A stretch of 64,000 nucleotides of DNA, from positions 23,746,001 through 23,810,000 of the forward strand of contig OZ004608.1 of assembly GCA_963924565.1 (NCBI GenBank), written 5' to 3'. This DNA is from Ascidiella aspersa (lineage: Eukaryota). Positions 39,301 to 50,290 of this stretch are shown here, piece after piece; position 1 is the stretch's first letter, and each line of letters begins with the position of its first letter. The position numbers and the translations under genes were made by a program. The notes below the pieces were generated by a model that saw only the letters and a program-made list of their open reading frames with translations, made no database searches and was not told the DNA's origin.

Positions 39301-40477
39301 ATGGCAAATGATGAGGAAGACGAGGAATATGCCTGGATGCTGAATTTCAAAGAGTGTGAAAGTGATGTCACAAAATTTACAAATCCAACATCCAGTGGGA
39401 AAATTGCCATAACTCCGCCAACAACTAAATCAACAAAAGAGGCCACAACTACAAAATTATTGGAACGTTATGATGATATGCTAACGCAGCAAAAAATCAA
39501 TCAGGAAATTTTAAGAAAACTTAGGATTGTGCGATTACATAAGGAAAAAGTACGATAATCTTTTATTGCAAAATGGTTTGTTACTCTAAATTTTTTGTGG
39601 ATTTAAAACCTGTATATATACAAAGTCATACCTATAATCTGATAAAAGAGTAGGAAACTTTTTATAGTAGTCGTTTTCTTTTCTGCTTTACAAAACTGAT
39701 AAAAAAATCAACTTTATAATCACTTACAGCCACTGTGGAAAGCATGGAAAATACATAAAAAATAGAATTTTTCTCAATTTTAGTTATTTCCTTATCATAA
39801 AATTTGAGTGATCCTTATCATAAAATTTAAGTGGTGAGTGTAGTTTTAAAATGCAGTATTGATATCCTTAAATCATTAAAACTCACTCATTTCTTTAAAT
39901 AAGATAAAGGAAGACAGTTTATTTTTTTTTTGTACTTGTACGGCACACAAAAAAATGCACCACAAGAAGAAAGCTTTAGACTTCACCATCTATTACATTT
40001 ATTTCCTGTTTATACAAAATTTATAACTAAGAGTAGGTCTATATCGAGGGATGCACGGCCGCAGGTCGAAGATACAAGTGTTGGTGGCCAAACTTGTGTT
40101 TACCTAATGCGCAAATTGGAATTTTAAAACGTTATAGGCCAGGCAGACACCAGTCTCCAATTGCTGGTCATCAGATAGGCTATTGCAAGCCAAATCTATT
40201 AATTTTGAAATGCTCTGACAAATATGGGATGTGTAAGTCACGAGTTGGCTGAAATACACAATGCATTTCTTTGTAGAATAAAATGGAAACCCTGGAACAC
40301 CTAATAGCAAAATGGAGAACGGCCTGCCAAACAGCCTTAACACAACTTTTGGATTATGCACCTAAGGAGCCACCAACATCTATGGGTCAACTAATTACTT
40401 ACTTAGGCATTGATCCAAACTTAGTTCAATATAGTAAAGCAAATCTTTCATTTAAAAAGGTCAAACGAACAGTATAG
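39301..40477 (+). CDS. SFR1: Swi5-dependent recombination repair protein 1 (Sfr1/Mei5 family), ~149 aa
   Basis: Exons 39301-39549 and 40277-40477 (phase 0). LRKLRIVRLHKEK|NKMETLEHLIAKWRTACQTALTQL...SMGQLITYLGID matches the Mei5/SFR1 C-terminal domain (human [31 protein letters not shown]...SLTQLIDHYGLD). Confidence 0.9.
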
Positions 40478-40762
40478 TCTTAAAGTTTTGATTAAAACAC
40501 ATTGAATGTTGTCTTGCATAAATCTCACTTTTGTAGTGTTTAGAAATGCATGTTTCTATTACTGACATGACACACAAACTCATTAAACAAAGTTTGCATT
40601 TAGTTTGCTACAAGGCATCAGCACACGCAATAAGTATTTCAACGATTTTTTCACATCGTACAGAAATCAAAAACTTTAACACAGAAAAAATCTTATAGCA
40701 AATAACAATGTTACTATAAAAAAGCAAATTGCAAAATGTTGATTTTTGTAAGTTGAATGATG

Positions 40763-43700
40763 TTATGCAGTGTTAATTCTATTGGTTTGTGTATTGAAAT
40801 GTAAATTATAAAAGTTTTGTGAGGTTGCCGTAGCATTGCTTTCTACACCACTGTTCATATTTTTCACATTTAATGCTGCCTTGTGAAGTTTTTCGATGTA
40901 TTCTGGTATACCTGAAATACAAATAGAACTTTAACTTGTTATTGTGACGAGTATCTTATGATTTAAAAGGTGTTAATGCCATTACCAGCTGAAACAACCC
41001 AAGAAGAAAGGGCAGCTGGAATTGAAGTCTGGGGGTCATCACAGTATGTCAACAAGTAGTCTATTCCTGGCTCATCAATGTTTGTGTGAGGTTTAATCAC
41101 CATGTCAGAGACATACAATGGAACACGAACATACCGCTTGTTTACAGCGCATTTAGGATGATCAACTGACCTTAAAATAAAAAAAATGTTTTTTGTAAAT
41201 AGCCAACCTAAATTTCGAGAATGGCAAAAATTAGATTTAAAATACCTATTCAACTCCAGGTTTGCTGGGAGTATTTTGGCCAATTGTTGTACAATATTTA
41301 ATTTAAGAATTAAAGTAGACGGTCATTACACTAGAAAAAAAAAACGAATCAACCCACAGTCTGACAATTTTGTTTATTATGTTTGGTCCAATTTATTGTG
41401 GATTGTTTTAAGTTTTATTCAATCGTGATGTTAATATATATAGAAACAGTGGTGGACCCGAGCGCTGCAGCATACTGTGTTTGACATGTTTTATAAGAAT
41501 GTGTGCAACTCAATTTAAGGTTTAAAATGGAAATTGACCGAAAACAATTTATAAATCTAACAACTAGTCGCACAATTTGTTTTTAAATCTATTAAGTATA
41601 ATAACAGTTTTAAATACCAAAAGTGAAATATATCTTGCATGATGTATAAAGTCATACTTTCGGTGGGCATTTAATGGCGTTATATTTAGCGGAAGATTCC
41701 CTTGTGAAAAAAAAGTCTTGAGTCTATGGTCACTACATTTGACACTTACAGCACAGACCACTTGAAAATTCCTTACACAGCCACACAATGTTTTGTAATA
41801 AAGCAAATCTATTAAGGTTGTTTCCATTATAATAAGACACAATATTTTTAGATAGCTTTAAGGGATATCTATTTAGCATAATTTGTCGGTCAGCTGGTAT
41901 GTTGACAAGTCGCAGGGGAGAGTGAGCTTTAAATATATAACCACAAAATTAAAAAAGAGGCTCATTCCAAACAAAAAGTAGAAGGAAATTCCCTTGGTAT
42001 GAGTGAAGTGCTTAGCTAAGTGTAGTCACACATTTCTTCATTTTAAATATAACTTACATTGGATATTTGCTGTATTACAATTTTGCAATCTACATTGCTT
42101 TAACAAAACAGTCTGCTTCAAAGTCTTAACAGCTTGACAAAAACGGCGAAGCAAGTTTTTTTTACAAAAAAATGGCTATTGTCATTTCACTATGCAAATT
42201 GTTGTATTTATTGCAACAGTCAATTTTTTTTTTAATTTCTGGACAATGCCAGTAGTCCAAGTATTTTATCATCTTAAGTTTAAGGTCACAAATTATAAAA
42301 TTAGTTAATACCCTATTAAACCTGAGCAATGCCAGGTATTTCTTACATCAAACACTATTTTTAAATCAGATGTAAAACTATTTTTTAAGCATAAACATAC
42401 CTTGCCAGTATTGCAAGAACATTAGCATCTTTGTAAATCTGAATTAAAACAAAACTTGTTAAATGTATGTAAATTTATTTAACCATATTCATGTGTTTTA
42501 ATATCTACAAAACATAAAACTTGTAAAAGTTCAAAAAAAAACTGTACTTTAAGTTGAATTTGCATAAAGTTTAAAGGCCATTTCATTTGACACAATAGGT
42601 TTTATGACATCACAATCCAGGCTTATAACGAAAATCATCAACAAAAAATTTAATAATAATATTTTTGTGAGAAAATGCACATTGTGTAAACAATTTTACA
42701 ACAATGGCGAAGAAAGCCAAAAGGAAAAGTACAAAGAAAAAGCAACCAAAACTTAAAAAGAGTAATGAGGACTATTTTGTAAGCAACTTTCTTAGGCAGC
42801 CAGGTAAGACAAGATCTGGAATAAGATACTCAAGGATTACAAACAGTAAAGCTTCGGCTAAATTAATTTTTGGTTCTCTTTTGTCTTTGACAAGTTTATC
42901 TAATAAGCCAACAAAGTTAGAGACTGCGAAGGACCAGTGCAGCTGTAAGCAATGCAAAGATAACAGAAGCAAAACTGTCACCAGCAACCATAGTGGACTG
43001 AGTCTTATGCTAAAAAGTGAAGGGAATTCTAATTCTTTGCCAAATCTTGCCAAATCAATGCCAAGTGCAGTTTTACCTAAACACAGACAGAGTGCAGACA
43101 GCAAGTATTGTGATTGCTATGAATGTACAGGCCTGATCGACGTAAAAGATGTGCCAAGCCAACAAAAGGGAATGTTACAACAAAGCATGGGGGCCATATC
43201 TTGTGAAGATAACAACAACTATGGTTTGTCTGGTGACCAGCAATATATTTCAAAAAACTTATTGACAAGAAATAGCTCAGATATGAAAATGCACAGTGTA
43301 ACAAAACTTAAGCAACCTACAAGCAACCATCAAAAACGCCAGAAAAAGCCTAAAGAGAGCAGCACAAAAGTCCAAAGACTGAAACACCCACTTGAAAAAT
43401 GCAAACCTAGAAGATACAAAAAGAAAGTCAAAATGGTACAAACAAATATGAAACAGTCCCACAAGGGGAAAACAAGGAAAGGAAAGCCTACTAAATCACT
43501 CCTAAAGTTAGTTTTAAAGAAAAAATCATCAATTAGACAAAAAAATGGAAAGGTAAGCCCACAAAAACCAAAGGAACAACAGGCCTGCACATGTTGCCAG
43601 CGATTTCAAAACATAATTCGGCAAATTGGCAAGGCACATAATTCACAAGTTAGTTTAAATAAAAGAAGATCAAAGTCTGCTGGAAATATAGCAAATCAGT

Positions 43701-46700
43701 ACCTACAATGCACCAAATCTGGTTGTAGTGAAACACCATTTGCCAGTGCAGGATATAACCATATGGACAAGACAAAGAATATTAAGCGTAGTCAATCCGT
43801 TAAAAAGATGGAACTCAATGAAAGTAGAAATGTTACTCCAGTATTAACTCGGTCCATTCAACATTTAAAACAAACTGCTATTAGCAAAAAAAGTCAACAT
43901 AAGAAAAAACAAAAAAACTACACAAGGGTAAAAAAAAAGCTGGGTGCCAAGCAACTGCAGCTGAAACCCCAAAAGGTAGGGAATATAAAGTCCACCAAAC
44001 GACAAACAGTGAAGTGGGTTTTGCTCACAGACAAGTTAATCAAAGCCTTGAAAGACAAAGCAAAACAAACTGCTCAACAAAACAAAGCCAAACAAAACAA
44101 AGAAAGAGGTATTAAAGAGCAAATGAAACAAGATATAGCACCCACACCAAGCTGGGGGTATGGATCAAAAAGTAGCCATAAAAGAGAGTCTAGCAGTAAC
44201 AAGTATCTCCGGAGTTCTTTGTCAACAACATTACAGGTTGTTAACAGTACACGGCAACAAAATTCTGGCACAAATGACATTCCTCGCACACCTTTTCCCA
44301 GTTCGAAAATGCCAACATACATTGCAATGGTAAAAACAGCTATTCGTGATTTGACACCATATAGGATGACTGGAAAGGAAGCCATTTCCAAGTAACTATA
44401 AATTATGTTTAGGAAATTTCTATTTTTAAAGCTAATGAATAAAAATATATATTCAACAGGTATATTCAAATAAGGTACCATATTCAAAATGATGTTTTGC
44501 TGAGATACATTTTGAAATGGATGGTTGATATGAAAATAACCAAATTGAAAAATGGGAATTATTACTTCAGTGGAAAAAGGTAAGTGCGGTTGTAAATTCC
44601 ATTAATTATTCGTTAAAAAAACGTTAAAAAAAACACTTTTTGTTATATATTTAGGCTAATTAAAAAACACACAGTAGCAGTTTTAAGCAAGTCTCAGAAG
44701 AAAAGAAAGAAGAAAAAGAGGTAAGAACACAGTAAAGGTTTTTGTTCTTAATAGCAAACTTAAAATATTTTTTACTTCCAGAAGAAAAGCAAAAAAGAAG
44801 CGAAAGTCTTCAAAAGTAAGTAAACTGACCAAGGTAGGTAAACCAATTCACAACGGCTGTTTCTTTAAACTCTTAGCAAGGTGGGTAATGCATAACTTTA
44901 CAAAACTCAAAACGAGGGGCGTGCAAATCACTAAATTTTTAAACCTTTGAACATAAACAATGTGTTTTTGTGATATATATTTGTATTTCATACCACCAAG
45001 AATAAACAGCCTTATCATTTACAAGGCTAAAAATAGGATTAGAATTGATATAACAGTTTAACTGTCTTAATAGTAAATCCTGTATGTAGAAAAAGTCAAA
45101 ACGAAAAAAAGGAAAGGGAAAGAAAAAGAAAAGAAAGTGCACATGTTCACAGCAGAAAAATGCAACTAAAAACAGAGTGAAACTTCGTTCCCATTATATA
45201 AGAAAGCATGGAAAAATTTACAAACAAGATGAATATGTTTAAATACCAACCTCTTGGCGTCTAATGTAAATGTACTCTCTTGCATTGAACGGATACTGAA
45301 AACAAATAAAAAACAAATAAGTTACATTGGATGTTTTACGGGTGGCACCAAATGTCATAACTACTGACAAAGATTGAAATTCAACTCAGATCAGGTTTAG
45401 TACACAAATGTGTTGTGATGATGCCACCAGACCTATTTTAAAATGGTAAAGATTAATAGGTTCTAGAAGTTTAGCACCTAGCCCACAATATTAATTTGCT
45501 TATAAGTTGAGATAATTTATTCAAGGAACGTTGAGATACCGAATGTCACTGCAGGCCTGATTTTTTAGCTTCATTGCTTCCACGAAAATGTGTATAGATA
45601 GACTGAAGTTACTCCCTAAACTTTATGGTCAATCTTGGTGTATTTACAAATTCTCAAAAATAACTTACCGGAAAATATGCAAGCCAGCGAAGAACTTGTT
45701 CACCAGTACTTTTGTTTTCATCAACAATATCAATATCAAGAGCAAGATTATCCCATTTTTTGCGATATTCAACGTCTGATTGAACCGCAAAAAATTGTCT
45801 TGCAGTTACATCAAAAAATCTTCCAAACACTACATGTAATTTGGAAGTTTTAAAATTTAAAATATTACACATATGTTTACCTTAATTTATTGTGATATTA
45901 TAAAAGTTTATTTAAAATTTTGGCAATGTTTAGTTTTTACTTCATTTGATCAAGTTAAGATTTAGGGATATCAAACAAGAGAATCATTATTTGTTACTTT
46001 TGATTACAATCGCATACCAGTAAGCAATTAAATTAGGCAGGCAAAATAACATTGTCCGGATTTATGCAAGAAGTGTGTACAGCTAACTCAGGGGTGGACC
46101 CCTTGAGAATATGTGAAGGTATAATTTTAAAAATCAAATATTTCAGTACCACAACTTTATTGCAAAGGCGGTACAGATTGGACAGAACACGGAAAATGGC
46201 ATCAACTAAATTAGGCGGAAAATAATATGATCAGGAAGAGAGTTACTATACAAATGTTTTGCTCATATTTTAAAGATGGATGCATTAGATTTAATTGGAA
46301 ATATGAATTAAGTTTGCAAAACATTTGTTTAAAAGAGTACCATAGCGCACATTGCACCCTTTGTCTAAGTTAGAAGTGCAAGCATATTAACTAAGTCACA
46401 CCTAGCTGTTTTTTATTTAGTTGCCTTACAAAAAAGTTAGGATAGAGTTGAAGATGCGTTGTTTAATTAGCACAAAAAATGAAAAAAAATATTTTAAGAA
46501 GACTAAGCCGAATTAGCTTCCTTGGTGGGCCGTTTTTGTTATGAATAATAACACAGCTAACTTATTTAGTGAAATTTGTACAATGCATGCCAATCTAGGG
46601 TTGTCCAACATAATGTTTGCATTCCACCACAAAGCATCAGATGAAAAATAAAACCTACCTTTATACTGCATGTATTCAGTGTTCTTATACGGAAGTTTCC

Positions 46701-47659
46701 AAATTTTAAGGTTTGGTTCATCAACAATGGTTTCCCAATGCTCAGGAAGATTAGTAACTACAATATTAATGAATGAACATCCATACAATAAGTACCGGTA
46801 GTACATACAATAAAAGCAAGCCAATTGTGTCAATATGTATATAAATAAAAGTAAATAGTTTAAATAAACTTACCACCATAATTGTTATTTCCAGATGATT
46901 CAGATAAATTATTGAATTGTAACTCTTGTAATTTATTAAGTTCATTTATATGCCTATAACAATAAAATGAAAAAAGAATAAAACTCGGTTATATATCTTG
47001 GTGAATAATGTTTTATTCAAAATTAAAAGCATAGCTTTCCAAAACGGTCCAGACTACATTCCATAATTTGTGACAGCCAAAAATTCAAGGCAAAAACATT
47101 TTTGATGAAATCCTATGCTTAAATAGGACAATTTATATGCCAAAAATGACCATTTTTTGTTGTAAATTCACTAGGTCGTCAATGTTTTACGTCAAATGAA
47201 GTCATATGCGTGGATTTGGACAAGCACTCAACACCAAAAATCTTTGGCGGGAGGTACTGGAATGCAATCAGGTTACAAATGTAATACACTGGTCAACAGT
47301 GACACTTGTTTAGATATATATTTTACTTACCCCCAAATGTCATCATTTGTAATAGAGTTGTCCTCCCACGAAAATGAGCACACAGCTCCAGCAAACAAAT
47401 AAACTGGCTGTCGATTTGGCAAAAATCTCCACAATGATGTTGTTATGAGCCTGTGCCGATAAAAGTTTGAATAGAACTTGTTAAACAAAGAGTTTTTTGA
47501 AAGAATTTTTTGCAATAAATATATTCCACTCCACCGGAGCCGGGCAAACGAGTCATTTATATTGACATTTTTGAAACTTCTCCAGCTTTCCCTTGATCCT
47601 GCATTATGTTTGTAAAACTTGAAGTTTTTTAGGTGCGAACAAAGCAGTTTCCAAACCAT
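40763..47659 (-). CDS. STARD7: START-domain phosphatidylcholine transfer protein, mitochondrial, ~361 aa
   Basis: Exons 47659-47331, 46953-46874, 46757-46659, 45829-45669, 45295-45251, 42438-42401, 41170-40986, 40911-40763; phase-consistent. Motifs FSWEDNSI, DVTARQFFAVQSDVEYRKKWD, FP|YPFNAREYIYIRR, MVIKPH..DEPGIDYLLTYCDDPQT, SWVVSAGIPEYIEKLH match STARD7. Basic N-terminal presequence. Confidence 0.95.
42704..45242 (+). CDS. Large Lys-rich linker histone H1 / protamine-like protein (~686-692 aa) nested antisense in STARD7 intron 5
   Basis: Exons 42704-44391, 44460-44579, 44655-44720, 44782-44815 (or -44833), 45090-45242; phase-consistent. H1/H5-type winged helix PTYIAMVKTAIRDLTPYRMTGKEAISKYIQIRYHIQNDVLLRYILKWMVDMKITKLKNGNYYF, followed by K/R runs. 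AATAAA at 45305-45310. Confidence 0.85.
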
Positions 47660-49136
47660 TTTCCATCTGCAAACTTAGGCCATACAAATTTTAAAACAAT
47701 TTCCCATATATATTTAGCACCAGCACCTCAACAGAAAAAAATAAATGTGTTTTGGAAGCACAACGTCAACAGTTTAATCAGTCAATAACAGGCTTATATT
47801 CAGCTTCAACTTATTGTAGTAGTAGTTATGACTACATAAATATCAATAATATATAAATGTATTTTTTTACAAGTAACGCTTTGTGATGAGCTGAGCTTAC
47901 GCTACCTTGGTCGACCTCACCTCACCTCTCACCATTGCCCAACTACAATACCTACTCCTTTTTTCGTGCTTGGAATAATGTTGCAATATCGCTTCCATTA
48001 GGTGGCGCATACTATTTAGAGTAGTGGTTCCAACCAAAGAGCTTTGTTCCAACCTTGGGTTGGTTTTCAGGGGATTTCCGTACACTGCTTGTAAACGAAA
48101 ACCGAAAAGAATAAATAAACAAAAAAAAACCTAAAATTTAGTGCTAGAAGGAGCAAGAAAAATCCCAATCCAACACTTGTATTGACATTTGCCTTAGCAA
48201 ACCGTCATGTTTATAACGTCACGATTATTCTTGTTTTCAATCAATGGCCAAAGCATAGCTTCAGTCTTACGGCCTTATTTAATACAATAGGAACGGTATA
48301 CATTCGACACCGAATTCCCCCTTTTGTGACACTCGATAACACTTTTTGCAACTAGGCTACACTTGAATCCTCTGTAAAAATAAAACAGTTTTGGGAATGT
48401 CAATTATCAATGCAGATATGCCGAAAGTGACCCGACTTTATATAGGCCTGTGTTACGCTTCTTCGTGATGTTATGTTCTGTGTAACCTTTCGAGCAACGA
48501 AAAAACCAAGATCGGGCAACAAGTTTCGCCCTGGTCGACTAATTTAAAATATAATACGAGTAAAAAATAATTTTGTCGAAATAAAATATCGCAACATTTT
48601 TAATGACAATCTTAATATGCTTGTTTTAAAAACATTCAAACTTGAATAGAGGGCTTATTGTTTGACAAAATATATATTTTTAAAGTTTTCCTTTAACCAG
48701 AACCTGTTGTTGCAAGTTGCAACAAAAGATCAGTTATATGGCAGCCTTAATCGAGAAAAGACGCAAGTTTTTTATCAAGGCGCTATAGTACAAAACGTAA
48801 AACTAAAATAACTCAATATAAGCATAGCGTTTAAGAGTTTGGGATTTTCATTATAGAGCCTAAGATAAAAAATTGGAAATTTTATTTTATTCATTGACCA
48901 TAAAAGCAACGTTACAAAGATATAGGCCTACTTCAAATTATATTATTTGGGCGTATATATTAATAATAGCACACTAAAGAAATAGCTGTCATATGGTCCG
49001 TATGACAAGCATTATTACAAGCAGCGATTAAAGCTGTTTTTAAAATCAATTTTGAGTAACTTTCAGGCGAAACAACAGACGAAGCGTCGTTTAATTTATG
49101 TGTGCATTATAGTTTCGTCTCCTAATGCCTCTACAG

Positions 49137-49947
49137 CAGGGGTTCCCAACCTTTTTTGCTGCTCGTACCCCTTTGTCAGGTCAGAGCATTCTTCGTACCC
49201 CCAAACAAATTATTATGGAATTTTTCTGATATATATTGCTAAATTACATTGCTTTTGTACCTCTATTAAACGTTAACCGGGTAATTCGCACACAAATCGC
49301 AAAAAGAAATTAAACATATATTTTGTTGGTCACTTCTTAATGTGATATTTGTTGCGACTTCATTGATAAAATTCGCTCAAACGTGGTCGATTTTACTCAA
49401 AGAACATTATGATATCATATTTGAGATTTTTTGGTATTCTAGACCCATGTCTATATTTGTCTCGTAAATTGTTCGGTCAATACCTCCGGAGGCACAACCG
49501 ATTTCTGTGCCCCCAAATACTATATTTTACACTCTAGTTCCAGAGGTGAATCATAATGGATAATTTGTAGCAGATTTACAGCAACAGTATATTGAACGCC
49601 TTTACCGTGCATTTTGTTCCTAACTTTGTGATTAGTTGTTGATTGCTGACAGCTAGTAAATTCGCATTCCTTTTAATCTCTTGACGACGGACGGCGCAGT
49701 TAAAATAGCCCATTGTTATAAGACAATGAGGTTTCTTACTATATAATAAAAAATGTTTGTAGATAATTGATTTTTTTTTCAATGCAAAGACCGTAATGGC
49801 ATAACCGCATAATGTAATTTACCATTCCAAAATTAAACTGTACTGTTAAATCTGTTCGAAAAGCTGCTCTGTGGCCCAAGGATCTTCGTACCCCTTAATG
49901 TTCAATCTCGTACCCCAAGTACGAGTACCCCCGGTTGGAAACCCCTG
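49137..49947. mobile_element. hAT MITE with CGTACCCC subterminal repeats
   Basis: TIRs CAGGGGTTCCCAACC / GGTTGGAAACCCCTG; perfect TSD ctctacag. Confidence 0.9.
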
Positions 49948-49955
49948 CTCTACAG

Positions 49956-50290
49956 CAAGGGTGGCCAATCATTTTTTGACAGCGGGCCAAATGAGAAACA
50001 GAAAAATGTCTTGGAGGGCCGTGCCAAAAATGGGGAACTCGAATACAAATATAGTAGCCTACAACGTGTGATTCGTTTCAAAAGAATCTTTAAATACCAT
50101 GTTTTGGCAAGCTGGTAAGATTAGAAATAAGTAAGGATGCCTTACAAGAGTATTGTATTCGTTAAAATATTATAAAATTAAAAAAGTGTTAAGCTTATTT
50201 TTGCCCAAATAAGTTTTATTGAAAATGAGCCGCGGGCCGGAGTATATTGCTTGACGGGCCGGTCCGAGGGCCGGAGTTTGCCCAGGCCTG
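49956..50290. mobile_element. hAT MITE abutting the previous element and sharing its TSD
   Basis: Ends CAAGGGTGGCCAA / TTGCCCAGGCCTG; CGGGCC subterminal repeats; flanked by ctctacag on both sides. Confidence 0.85.
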
